Source: Acidobacteriota bacterium | GTDB taxonomy: Bacteria > Acidobacteriota > CAIWXX01 | Length of the DNA: 64,000 bases | Assembly (NCBI GenBank): GCA_040755995.1 | Contig: JBFMAF010000043.1 | Location: 122,386 to 186,385 of the forward strand | Reading direction: 5' to 3' | Part shown: positions 46,455-56,164 of the stretch, piece by piece | Position numbering within the stretch: the stretch's first letter is position 1 | Layout of the letters: the number at the start of each line of letters is the position of its first letter | The notes under the pieces: model-generated | The model's input: only the letters and a program-made list of their open reading frames with translations | Database searches by the model: none | Told to the model about the DNA's origin: nothing | Made by a program: the position numbers and the translations under genes

Positions 46455-47933
46455 ATGCCTGAGGGCCAAGTTCTCGCGCCGATTGACGAGGGCGTCTTCC
46501 TGCTCCACCGCAACAAGGGCAAGGAGCTGTTCCAGAGGCAGAAGCTGGAGGAGGCGCTGGGCGAGCTGGAGGCAGCGCGGCGCATGCGGCCCGAGGACGA
46601 GCAGGTTCTGAATCTGCTCGGCATGGTCTATTTCAGGCAGAACATGCTCGAGGATGCCAAGGCCGTCTATGAGGCGCTGATAGAGAGAAACCCGAGCGTC
46701 TACAGTTTGCGGTCCAACCTCGGGTTGATCTACCTGAAGCAGAACCGGTACGCGGAGGCCGAGAAGCACTTCGTCGAGGCTGTCGAGATAGAGCCGGGCA
46801 ACGCCAAGGCGCGGCAGTACCTGGGACTGATCTGCGAGAAGCAATTCAAGTACGCCGAGGCACTTGCCCAGTACCGCCTCGCTGGCAACGATCGCATGGT
46901 GAGGCAGATCGAGCAACTGCTGCGGATGTTGGCGGAACGTGGTGAGCCGCTGCCGGCCGCGACCCCCGCGCCGGAAACCGCGCCGGCAGCGCCGGCCCCG
47001 GCCCCGTCTGAGCCCACCGAAGAGGCGCTGCCGCACGGCGCGGCAGTTCGGCCTGAGGTCATTCCTCCGGTGCCGCATCGCCCGGAGGCGCTCCCTGAGT
47101 CTCCCGCAGAGGGCCCGGTCGCGGCGGTGAGAGAAGTCCAGCCGCCGGCGCTTCCCGAGCTGACGCAGGTATTCGACATTCGCAAGGCGCTCAAGGCGGA
47201 GCAGGCCGAGCCGGCGCCTGCCCCCGCGGCCGAGGAGCTCATCCGGCCGGCTCCCGCCGATGAGGTCGTTGCGAAGGCCGAGATCGAGACTGCCATAACC
47301 ATGGTTGCCGGACGCCCGATTCCGCCGAAGCAGGAGCCTGTGGAGGCGCCGGCCGTCGCGAGAACCATGCCGTTGAACCTAGCCGTTCTTACCCAGCCGT
47401 CGCTGCCTCATCTGAAACTGGAGGGTGACGAGTTCAGGATCGTCAACAAGAGCTATCTGGAGGTGGACTTCAAGAGGGGACTGGTTGCCAACGCACAGCG
47501 GCTGATCGGTGGCACCGGTGTTGTCAAGACCGATGCTTACGTGGGTGTTGATGGGCTGCTTGAGTACGCGAACGGCGGGCGGTTGCTCGCCTACGAGGAC
47601 CATTTCCGGATTCATCTGCTGCGTTTGACTGATGAATATTTCTTTGTGAAGCCGGGCTACGTAATCGCCCTGCAGCCGTCGTTGAAGGTTCACTGGGCGG
47701 ACTCGGTTCTCTTCCGGCTGTTGCGGATTCAAGGTGATGGTATTGTGGCGCTGGCGATTTCGACGGGGCCGATAGTTTTCGACATCGCTCAGGCGCCGCT
47801 GCTGGTCGACGCGAGCTACCTGGCGGCGATCAGCGCGGTCGAGCCCATCCAGCTGACTCCGTCGTCGCGCCCGGGCTTCGTCGAACTGAACGGCCAGGGC
47901 AGTGCTATGCTCTTCCCGGCCGGGAAGATGTAG
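46455..47933 (+). CDS. TPR protein with Pro/Ala-rich linker and AIM24/TRAP-like C-terminal domain
   Basis: TPR pattern (LNLLGMVYF, SNLGLIYL); C-terminal beta domain with repeated G.G motifs (IQGDGIV, LNGQGSAM). Confidence 0.7.
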   Translation: MPEGQVLAPIDEGVFLLHRNKGKELFQRQKLEEALGELEAARRMRPEDEQVLNLLGMVYFRQNMLEDAKAVYEALIERNPSVYSLRSNLGLIYLKQNRYAEAEKHFVEAVEIEPGNAKARQYLGLICEKQFKYAEALAQYRLAGNDRMVRQIEQLLRMLAERGEPLPAATPAPETAPAAPAPAPSEPTEEALPHGAAVRPEVIPPVPHRPEALPESPAEGPVAAVREVQPPALPELTQVFDIRKALKAEQAEPAPAPAAEELIRPAPADEVVAKAEIETAITMVAGRPIPPKQEPVEAPAVARTMPLNLAVLTQPSLPHLKLEGDEFRIVNKSYLEVDFKRGLVANAQRLIGGTGVVKTDAYVGVDGLLEYANGGRLLAYEDHFRIHLLRLTDEYFFVKPGYVIALQPSLKVHWADSVLFRLLRIQGDGIVALAISTGPIVFDIAQAPLLVDASYLAAISAVEPIQLTPSSRPGFVELNGQGSAMLFPAGKM

Positions 47934-48067
47934 GCGACTTACGCGCAGGGGATCGCGGCCATTGATGCATACAGCGTGGCCGGCTCGGGGCATGGGCGCC
48001 GGTGAAGTGCGGGAGGCGCGGTGGGTCCCGACATTGCGGGTCCTCACGCCGTGAGGGCGGGCGAACC

Positions 48068-48610
48068 ATGACAGTGACGATGGCTCACGCCGACTGGTTT
48101 CCGGCGCAGCGATGGGGGCGGGCTGTGGTTGCGGCAGTGCTGCTGAGCGCAGCGTTCGGCTCTGTCGGTCTTGTGCGCAACCTGCTATCCGAGCAGCCGC
48201 TTCCGTTCATTGCCAGGCCGCCGGTGACGGTGCAGTACGACGCGGGAGCCGCTGGATCTCCGGGCGTCGTCGCCGGCACGGAGGTCATACGAACGGTGAC
48301 GCTGGATCAGGCGGCGGCGATGTCTTTCGATCCATCCGTCGTTTTCATCGACGCGCGCGACGCCTCCGAGTTCGCCGCCGGACACATTCCCGGAGCCGTG
48401 AGTTTGCCGTACCACGATTACGATCGGGTGTGGCCGGAAGTGTCCCCGAAGCTTGCGCCAGACAACACCATCATCGCGTACTGCGAAGGCGGGGGCTGTG
48501 AGTCGAGCATCCAAATCGCGCGCCGCCTGACGAGGGCCGGCTATCGATCAGTGCTTGTCTTCGTTGGCGGCTGGCCGGCATGGCGCGACGCAGGCTTCCC
48601 GACGGAGTAG
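48068..48610 (+). CDS. Membrane-anchored rhodanese domain protein
   Basis: IDARDASEFAAGHIPGA, YCEGGGC, GGWPAW. Confidence 0.88.
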   Translation: MTVTMAHADWFPAQRWGRAVVAAVLLSAAFGSVGLVRNLLSEQPLPFIARPPVTVQYDAGAAGSPGVVAGTEVIRTVTLDQAAAMSFDPSVVFIDARDASEFAAGHIPGAVSLPYHDYDRVWPEVSPKLAPDNTIIAYCEGGGCESSIQIARRLTRAGYRSVLVFVGGWPAWRDAGFPTE

Positions 48611-48618
48611 TGAACCGG

Positions 48619-49107
48619 ATGCCCGGCGCGCCGGAAGCCTCCCGCCCCTGGATGTGCCTCACCCTCGTCTGCCGGCTTCTGCTGGGTGGGGTTTTCATTT
48701 ACGCGTGCATCGACAAGATCCAGCATCCGGACCTGTTCGCCGAGGCGGTGCACAACTACAAGATCCTGCCGATCGCCCTTGAGAACATTCTCGCTCTGAC
48801 GCTGCCGTGGGTGGAGCTTGGGATGGGCGCGATGATCATCGCCGGCGTCATGACGCGTTCGGCGGCCCTCGCTATCACGTTCCTGCTGGCAGTATTCACC
48901 GTCGCGATCGGGATCAGTCTCTGGCGCGGAATCGACATCACGTGCGGATGCTTCAGTCTTACCGCGCACAGCAGGCGCCTGAGCTGGACGACGCTCTCAG
49001 TTGACGCCGCCCTGCTTGTGCCATGCGCGCTGCTGCTGTACGACCCGCGTTCAGCCCTGTCTGCTGACGCCGGAATCGCCAGACGTATCGAAAGACGGCA
49101 TCGATAG
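48619..49107 (+). CDS. MauE/DoxX family redox membrane protein
   Basis: RLLLGGVFIYA..KI, LPWVEL, RGIDITCGCF. Confidence 0.88.
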   Translation: MPGAPEASRPWMCLTLVCRLLLGGVFIYACIDKIQHPDLFAEAVHNYKILPIALENILALTLPWVELGMGAMIIAGVMTRSAALAITFLLAVFTVAIGISLWRGIDITCGCFSLTAHSRRLSWTTLSVDAALLVPCALLLYDPRSALSADAGIARRIERRHR

Positions 49108-49149
49108 ACTGAGGTCTTCAGGCCGAGAGGCACGGGAGCGCGCGAGCCC

Positions 49150-50220
49150 ATGGCATCCGCATGGAATGCAGTCTTTCTGATCTCGCGGCAGCCGCGCTGC
49201 GTGACCCCGCAAACGCCATGGCTATGCGCGGTCAGATCCGTGGCGCGATGGGCGATTGACCGCGAATTCACGCTCGTCTGCGGCTCCGGTCAGACTCCAC
49301 TCGATTTCGGGCGGTGGTGCTACGCCGATCTCGGCGGACGCGTGATCGAGATGGGGGACGCGTCGGTGCATGATGCGGCATCGATGCGCGAGCGCGATCG
49401 TGCGGTGGCTGGAGCGGGAGAGGTATTGGTTGCCGTAGCAGTGAGGGGCGGCGGGATCATGGAAGAAGAGGGCCTGCGTGCGCTGAGTGAAGGCAAAAGT
49501 GTCTGGGCGGTGCCCCCGCTTGCAGGCGGTCGGGCTTATGCGGGCAATCGACGGCTTCTGGAGCAAGGGGCGAGCTTGTTGGACATCGACATTCCGGTGC
49601 CGGTCGCCCAGCCGGACGCGAACTTCTCCGAGCTCCGAGAATGTTCGGCTGACCCGCTGGGATATGTCTGGCATTACACGCGGGCTCATCCGGGCCCATG
49701 GCCGGGCCAGTCGCAACATCAGTACTTTCGATCGCTCGCGGACAACCTCCCGGGCGCATCGCATAGCGCGAGGGACGCCCTTCGCAGGATTCTGGACGAG
49801 CGTTTCATCCGCGCGTCCTCGCATGGAATCCGTGGCGGCCACGCGGTCGTCTGTTTCAGCGCAGCGGATCCAGTGGCACTGCTATCGCGCCGCTCATACC
49901 GTTCGTCGCTGAAGGGGTGGGACTTCGAGCCCTACGCCATCGGCATTGACAAGACTGCGGCGGAATGCGTGGGGCTCAGGCCCGTGCAGTACCTGGCGGA
50001 GGACCAGTACGATGCCCTGCCCCAGTCTCAACGGGCCTTCTTTCAGAAGCACCAGACCGGATCAGCCGATTGGACGCATGAGAGCGAGTGGCGGCACCTC
50101 GGAGACATGGACCTCACCGCAATACCGCTCGACCGCGTAAGCGCGCTCCTTCCGGAAGCCGGCTCAGGTGAGAGCGTCTCTCAGGCCGCCTTCTCGATAC
50201 GCAGCTTCGCGTGCTTGTGA
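49150..50220 (+). CDS. DprA/SLOG-like domain fused to an AbiGi/DUF2971-like (ART-fold) domain
   Basis: N: RERDRAVAG..ALSEGKSVWAVPP..GNRRLLEQGA; C: WHYTR, VVCFS, PYAIG, WTHESEWR. Confidence 0.6.
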   Translation: MASAWNAVFLISRQPRCVTPQTPWLCAVRSVARWAIDREFTLVCGSGQTPLDFGRWCYADLGGRVIEMGDASVHDAASMRERDRAVAGAGEVLVAVAVRGGGIMEEEGLRALSEGKSVWAVPPLAGGRAYAGNRRLLEQGASLLDIDIPVPVAQPDANFSELRECSADPLGYVWHYTRAHPGPWPGQSQHQYFRSLADNLPGASHSARDALRRILDERFIRASSHGIRGGHAVVCFSAADPVALLSRRSYRSSLKGWDFEPYAIGIDKTAAECVGLRPVQYLAEDQYDALPQSQRAFFQKHQTGSADWTHESEWRHLGDMDLTAIPLDRVSALLPEAGSGESVSQAAFSIRSFACL

Positions 50221-50265
50221 CGGCTGACTCAGCGGCTCTCGGCACGCCAGCTCGTCAAGCAGCCT

Positions 50266-51060
50266 TCATTGGTCGGCGCCCTCTTTGCTGGTGTACTGCA
50301 CCGTTACCTGGGACATCGTGCCGACGGGAATGACGCTGACGACGACCTCGCGCTTGCCGCTTTCGGTCTTGGCGTTCAAGGTGCCCATGGCAATGACGCC
50401 TCCGGGGATACTGGTCTTCTCAACAGAGAATCCCGCGGTCTCTAGCCCGCTCTCGAAGTAGTTGAGGACCATGTCAACGGAGTCGCCCGTCTGGAACGAG
50501 TAGTTGCCGTAGAGTCCTTCCTCACCCGACTTCGTCAGTGTGACAACCGGCGTGACGCCGGGATAGGTTGGGACCCACACTGGCAGCTGCTGCTTGCCTG
50601 TCTGGCCCACGGTCACGGTCCCCTCGTCCGACTTGATCGTCAGCCCTTCATGTCCCTTCTCGCCGCTCCCCTCGAACGTGACCTCCTGACCCTTCTCGTT
50701 CTGGAATCTCAGGCGCCCTTCTTTGATGTCCTCCGCGTTCATCGTGATCTGTTCGCCGGTCTTCTTATTGCGGATGGTGAGCGTGCCCCTGTCGTAATCC
50801 TCGGACACGACTTCCAGGTCGGGGTTTGCCGCCACTGCCAGCTTGGCGATGGCGATCGCGGGGTTCTTCTCGACCTCCTGGGCGTAGTTCTTGATCTTGT
50901 GCGCACTCCACCAGATCACTCCGGCAACCAGGATCGCGCCGATGAACAGCAGCCCGCCGCAACCGACGAGGATCCAAACCAGCGGGCTCGTGCCCTTCTT
51001 GGGCGGGACGGCCTGTGGCACCTGTGGCGCCTGTGGAGGCACTTGAGGGGTGCTAGACAT
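50266..51060 (-). CDS. Single-pass membrane hypothetical protein
   Basis: Pro/Gln-rich N-terminus, KKGTSPLVWILVGCGGLL TM segment, LPVWVPTYPG; SD AAGGAG. Confidence 0.8.
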   Translation of the reverse strand: MSSTPQVPPQAPQVPQAVPPKKGTSPLVWILVGCGGLLFIGAILVAGVIWWSAHKIKNYAQEVEKNPAIAIAKLAVAANPDLEVVSEDYDRGTLTIRNKKTGEQITMNAEDIKEGRLRFQNEKGQEVTFEGSGEKGHEGLTIKSDEGTVTVGQTGKQQLPVWVPTYPGVTPVVTLTKSGEEGLYGNYSFQTGDSVDMVLNYFESGLETAGFSVEKTSIPGGVIAMGTLNAKTESGKREVVVSVIPVGTMSQVTVQYTSKEGADQ

Positions 51061-51307
51061 CTTTCTTCTCTCCTTCACATTGTCGTTCTTCCATCATACT
51101 GCGAATCGCATTCGACCGCCAGCACCCAGCACGCGCCCTGATACTGCGGCCACGTCATCGCATTCGTGCACGTGAACACATCGTCGTCCGCGCAGCATCT
51201 GCGTCCGTGTTCACGCCTGCGATGACGATGGACCAGACACCCGGTTGAGAGTCTGTCAGCGGCAACAGCGCCGCCAACGATGTCAGCCTGATCGGGAAGG
51301 CTGGATT

Positions 51308-51604
51308 CTAGTCCAGCAGCGTGTAGACCTCCCGGTGGCCGGATTCGACGAGCGGCACGAAGCGTTCATACCAGGCTTTCCATTCTGCCTTACCCATTAT
51401 CTCCCCTTGCTCGGCCTCCAATGCCGCCAGGTTGGGGTAGGTCAGTTCCAGGACGAATGTATAGAACGGCCCTACGACGTCCACCATGGCGCGAGCCTTG
51501 CCATGGCCGACTTTTTCCATGAGGGCGCGTCCCTCCTTCCAGTGCGCCTTGGCTTCCTTCGCCTTGCCAAATCGGAGCCGAAAGACGTTGCGAACCAGGA
51601 TCAT
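51308..51604 (-). CDS. NIPSNAP-like dimeric alpha/beta barrel protein
   Basis: RNVFRLRFGKAKEA..GPFYTFVLE..LAALE..W..WY..LVESGHREVY; SD GGGAGG. Confidence 0.7.
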   Translation of the reverse strand: MILVRNVFRLRFGKAKEAKAHWKEGRALMEKVGHGKARAMVDVVGPFYTFVLELTYPNLAALEAEQGEIMGKAEWKAWYERFVPLVESGHREVYTLLD

Positions 51605-51926
51605 CTTCTATTCCTCCCATCCGCGCGCGCGGGCATGTCCACGACGACCGCCCTTCGCGTGCGATTGATTCCTACTGCCATGATAGGATTTTACCGAATG
51701 ATTACCGTGGAGTCAATGCCGCCGCTGGTGGACTGTCGACATCATGCTCGACTCCGTGACTTCGTAACTTCCCATTGCACCGCGCCGCGCGATGTGGCAG
51801 AATAGAGGTGACCGTCGGGAAGTCTAGGACGGACGGAGCCGCAACCGTAGCAGGTCGATTCGCTGGTTGCTGGACAGCAGGTGGTAGTTGATTGCCAACT
51901 GTGAATTCTGCTGCGTAGCGGGAGTG

Positions 51927-54900
51927 ATGTCGCAAGACCAAGTTGGAACTACTCAGGCTCCGACGGGGCTCATGGTGCTGCACGGCACATGGATCCCGTC
52001 AAGCGCGAGCGGTGTCTTCTTTCTCTGGGGCGAGATGAAGAACGGGGCCTCAGTCCCCGGGCCGGTTGAGCCGCCCGGCGTGGCAGTCCATCCCTTCTGC
52101 GCGCCCCCGCCCCTCGTCTACCTGGCCCTACAAGGACAGGACGAAGTCGTCAGCGGCTCCATCCCCCTTAGCAGACAGACGCTGTCGCTGCCGTCGACCG
52201 CAAGCGCGCCTCTCCCTTCGCCGCTCTTCGCGGCATACTGGGAGGCCAAGGAAGATCGGACCACTCAATCATTGCAGCCGTGGTCGGTCGACGGCGTCGA
52301 GCTGGACGCGACCGCGGCCGTGCCTCTGCTTGCCCTGCGCATCATGGAAGAATTCGACGGGAGACCCGGGCTGCTCATCTCCGAGGACCTTCGGTATTGG
52401 TCTCGACCCGCCCTGCTGGCGCTCGAGATCCTCGCCCGACAGCGCTACATACCAAGCCTCGTGCGAGACAGTCAGGCGGCGATCTGGAGACCGATTCTGG
52501 GAGACGCCGAGGTCACCAGTCGCCTGACCACACTCGCCGAGACGATGCCTCCGGCCTCACGTGCGTTCTTGCAGCCCCCGATTCCTACCCACGACCTCCT
52601 GGCGAGCTTCCTGCAGGCTTCGGTCGACGGTATCATCCGGCGCTGGACCAATGGCGTGGAATCGCGTCGCCCCGGCGCAATCCCTCCGGCAGCCGGGCCG
52701 CTCGGGCGATGGGTGCGGTCCCTGCTCTCCCAGTCAGATGGTCGGCCTGACGGCGATGGCACTGCGGGGAGTGCGGCGCAGGCCGGAAGCAACGGGGCCG
52801 ACCTGACTGCCCTGTCGCGCGAAATCATCGATTGGACAGGCACTGTTCGTACCGACATCGACCGCTCCAACGCGCGGTCATGCTTCCGCCTGGACCCGCC
52901 GGGCAGCGGCCAGTACTCGAACCCGCGAGACCCTTCTGCATGGGCCCTGAGCTATTACCTGGAAGCCGCCGACGACGCGTCGGTGCTGGTGCCCGCGCGA
53001 CAGGTTTGGCGTGAGCGCACGCCGGTGCTGGTCGTCTCGGAACGACGCATCTTCAATCCGCAAGAGAAACTGCTCGGCGACCTCGGCCGGGCAGCCCGCC
53101 TGTTCTCGCCGATCGAAAGGAGCCTGCGGCGGAGACGCCCGGAGGCCGTTTCGCTGCGGCTCGACCTTGCGTATAAATTCCTGGTCGAGGGGGCTCCGCT
53201 GCTGCGCGAGAGCGGATTCGGAATCACAGTGCCTCCGAGTCTCGATCCGGTCCACGGGATCCGCCTGGGCATCCGCGGCCGCCTCAGCGCGGACCCAGGC
53301 GCCCTGAGCATGGACATGCCGATCCACTTCGAATGGGAGATAGCTCTGGGCGAGAAGAGCATGACCCGAGAGGGGCTCGAGAAGCTCGCCCAGATGCCGA
53401 CACCGCTCGAACAGGTCGACGCACAGTGGGTGCGCCTTTCGCGCGACGAGATCGCTACGGCGATTCGTCTACTCGGAGCGCGCCGGTCGGCCATCATCAC
53501 CTTCCGAGATGCTCTGCTGATGGGAGCGGGTCGCGCCGGATCCGTGGCCGGCTTGCCTGTGACCGGCGCCGTCGCGACAGGATGGCTCGACGAATTCCTG
53601 ACGAAGCTCCAGAGTCCGGAGAAGCTGGCCGAGGTGAATCAGCCGGCCGCATTCATAGGGAAGATGCGGCCGTACCAGGTCCGCGGACTGTCCTGGCTCG
53701 ACTTCCTCACCGACTACGGGCTCGGCGCCTGCCTCGCCGACGACATGGGACTCGGCAAGACCATCCAGATGATCGCCCTGGCGCTCCACCAGCGCGCGCC
53801 CGGCGGGCGCCGTGCGCCTCTCCTGCTGGTTTGTCCGACGTCGGTCGTGGGGAACTGGGAACGCGAGCTCCGGCGCTTCGCGCCTTCGTTGGAGGTGGTC
53901 GTACATCACGGGGCATCGAGGCAGAAGGGAGAGGGGTTCAAGGAGACGGCGATGTCGGCCGACATCGTGCTCAGCACATACAGCCTGCTCGCCCGGGACC
54001 TTCCTCATCTCGTGACAGTTCCGTGGGCGGGAGTGGTCTTGGACGAGGCGCAGAACATCAAGAACCCGAACACAAAACAGGCCAGGTCCGCACGGGCGAT
54101 CCACGGCCGATACCGTGTAGCTTTGACGGGCACGCCGGTGGAGAATCACCCAGGCGAGTTGTGGTCGATCATGGAGTTCCTGAATCCCGGATACCTGGGG
54201 ACCGCGGCGGAGTTCCGCAGGCGATTCTACGTGCCCATCCGCTTCAACAGGGATCCCCGCGCGGTCGATGCGCTCCGGCGCCTCGTGCAGCCGTTCATCC
54301 TCCGCAGGCTCAAGACCGACAAGCAGATCATCCAGGATCTGCCCGACAAGTATGAGATGAAGGTGTTCTGCGGGCTCACGAGCGAGCAGGCAGCGCTTTA
54401 CGAGAACATCGTCCGAGACTCGCTCAAGGCGATTTCGGGCAAGGCCGGCATAGAACGGAAGGGCGCGATCCTGGCCGCGCTCGTGCGCCTCAAGCAGGTC
54501 TGCAATCACCCGGCTCAGCTCCTCAACGACCGCGACTACGGTCCCGGCCGCTCCGGCAAGCTCACGCGTCTGGAAGAGATGCTCGAAGAGGCGCTGGACG
54601 AAGGTGATCGCATGTTGATCTTCACCCAGTTCAAGGTGATGGGCGACATCCTCACCAGACACCTCCAGAGCCGCTTCGGGCACGAGGTGCTGTTTCTGCA
54701 CGGCTCGGTGCCCGCGCGCCAGCGCGTGAGGCTGGTCGACAGGTTCGAGAGGGACGCGGACGGCCCGCAAATATTCGTGCTGTCGTTGAAGGCAGGCGGC
54801 ACCGGCCTGAATCTGGCCCGCGCCAACCGGGTTTTCCATTTCGATCGGTGGTGGAATCCCGCCGTGGAGAACCAGGCGACGGACCGCGCCTTCAGGATCG

Positions 54901-55097
54901 GCCAGACCAGAGACGTAATGGTGCACAAGTTCGTGTGCGCAGGGACGGTGGAGGAGAAGATCGACGCGTTGATCGAATCGAAAAAGGAGATGGCCGAAAA
55001 CCTCGTCGGGGCGGGCGAGGACTGGCTGACCGAGTTCACCACCGACGAACTTGCCAACATGTTCACGCTCCAGAAAGACGCGGTTATCGAGCTGTGA
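51927..55097 (+). CDS. Snf2-family helicase/ATPase (DUF3670-containing)
   Basis: MRPYQ, LADDMGLGKT, DEAQNIKN, LTGTPVEN, SLKAGGTGLNL, WWNPAVENQATDRAFRIGQ; start uncertain (51927 or 51972). Confidence 0.93.
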   Translation: MSQDQVGTTQAPTGLMVLHGTWIPSSASGVFFLWGEMKNGASVPGPVEPPGVAVHPFCAPPPLVYLALQGQDEVVSGSIPLSRQTLSLPSTASAPLPSPLFAAYWEAKEDRTTQSLQPWSVDGVELDATAAVPLLALRIMEEFDGRPGLLISEDLRYWSRPALLALEILARQRYIPSLVRDSQAAIWRPILGDAEVTSRLTTLAETMPPASRAFLQPPIPTHDLLASFLQASVDGIIRRWTNGVESRRPGAIPPAAGPLGRWVRSLLSQSDGRPDGDGTAGSAAQAGSNGADLTALSREIIDWTGTVRTDIDRSNARSCFRLDPPGSGQYSNPRDPSAWALSYYLEAADDASVLVPARQVWRERTPVLVVSERRIFNPQEKLLGDLGRAARLFSPIERSLRRRRPEAVSLRLDLAYKFLVEGAPLLRESGFGITVPPSLDPVHGIRLGIRGRLSADPGALSMDMPIHFEWEIALGEKSMTREGLEKLAQMPTPLEQVDAQWVRLSRDEIATAIRLLGARRSAIITFRDALLMGAGRAGSVAGLPVTGAVATGWLDEFLTKLQSPEKLAEVNQPAAFIGKMRPYQVRGLSWLDFLTDYGLGACLADDMGLGKTIQMIALALHQRAPGGRRAPLLLVCPTSVVGNWERELRRFAPSLEVVVHHGASRQKGEGFKETAMSADIVLSTYSLLARDLPHLVTVPWAGVVLDEAQNIKNPNTKQARSARAIHGRYRVALTGTPVENHPGELWSIMEFLNPGYLGTAAEFRRRFYVPIRFNRDPRAVDALRRLVQPFILRRLKTDKQIIQDLPDKYEMKVFCGLTSEQAALYENIVRDSLKAISGKAGIERKGAILAALVRLKQVCNHPAQLLNDRDYGPGRSGKLTRLEEMLEEALDEGDRMLIFTQFKVMGDILTRHLQSRFGHEVLFLHGSVPARQRVRLVDRFERDADGPQIFVLSLKAGGTGLNLARANRVFHFDRWWNPAVENQATDRAFRIGQTRDVMVHKFVCAGTVEEKIDALIESKKEMAENLVGAGEDWLTEFTTDELANMFTLQKDAVIEL

Positions 55098-55243
55098 AGA
55101 TGCGCACGTCGGCGTTCGCCTCTGGGTTGGCTCTGGCCCCCTTACGCGCCGCACGCGCGCACGCGGGGACGCGGGCACTCGATAGCGGGCACGGGAACGG
55201 GTACGTAGAGACCACGGTTCATCAAGCGGGCTGAGGTCGGAAC

Positions 55244-56119
55244 ATGGCAAGAAGGTCCCCGAGGAAAAGGCGGTTCGGCGAGAAGTGGTGGTCAGGGCTG
55301 TGGATCAAGGCGCTGGAGTCGTTTGGCTGGGCGAGCAGGCTCCAGCGGGGCAGAAGCTACGCAAGAGACGGCCAGGTCGTCAAGCTCACGGTCGAGCCAG
55401 GGCACATACAGGGCCTAGTACAGGGATCACGGGCTGAGCCGTACAAAGTGGAGATCCGCCTGCAGGTGATCCCGATCAGAGAGTGGCGGCGCGTGATTTA
55501 CATCATGGCCCAGCGAGCGTCGTTTGCGGCGAAGCTGTTGGCGGGGGAGATGCCGCAGAATATCGAGAAGGCGTTCGAGCAGGCCCGCATCCCTTTGCTT
55601 CCGAGACACGAGCGGGACTTCGATTCGACGTGCACCTGCCCCGACCGGATCAATCCGTGCAAACACATCGCAGCCGTCCACTACATCGCGGCCGACGAGT
55701 TCGATCATGATCCGTTCATGATCTTCCAGCTGCGCGGGATGCCGAAGGAGAGTCTGCTGGAGGCGCTCCGGGAGCGTCGCGGAGGCAGGCGGCACGGGCA
55801 TCCAGACGGTCAAGAAGATGGGGCGCTGCCGGCGGATCCGGAGGTGTTCTGGCGCCCCGGGCCGAGGCTTGGGCAATTCACCGTGGACATCCGCGCGCCG
55901 GAGGTCGAGACCGCCGTGCTCAAGAGACTGGGCAAGCCGCGATTCTGGCGGGATCCCTCGGATTTCGACGCGCTGATGCTCGATCTCTATCGCAACGTGA
56001 CGCGGAATGCGCTCGACATGGCCTCGCGCGAGGGCGCCGCCGAAGAGGACACGGACAGGGCGGACAAGCGGAAGCCGGGCGAGGTGAGCATTCTGACGGC
56101 CGAACGAGTGGAGTCCTAG
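55244..56119 (+). CDS. SWIM zinc-finger protein, partner of the Snf2 ATPase
   Basis: RLQRGRSYAR, VQGSRAEPY, CTCPDRINPCKH, DPFMIFQLRG. Confidence 0.9.
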   Translation: MARRSPRKRRFGEKWWSGLWIKALESFGWASRLQRGRSYARDGQVVKLTVEPGHIQGLVQGSRAEPYKVEIRLQVIPIREWRRVIYIMAQRASFAAKLLAGEMPQNIEKAFEQARIPLLPRHERDFDSTCTCPDRINPCKHIAAVHYIAADEFDHDPFMIFQLRGMPKESLLEALRERRGGRRHGHPDGQEDGALPADPEVFWRPGPRLGQFTVDIRAPEVETAVLKRLGKPRFWRDPSDFDALMLDLYRNVTRNALDMASREGAAEEDTDRADKRKPGEVSILTAERVES

Positions 56120-56164
56120 CAGCAAGGCGCGGCCTCCTCTGGTTGATCAACCGCGCCTCGCGCA

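Noticed and set aside
51927..56119. Snf2 + SWIM pair as a novel system
   Set aside because: This is a widespread, already described gene pair
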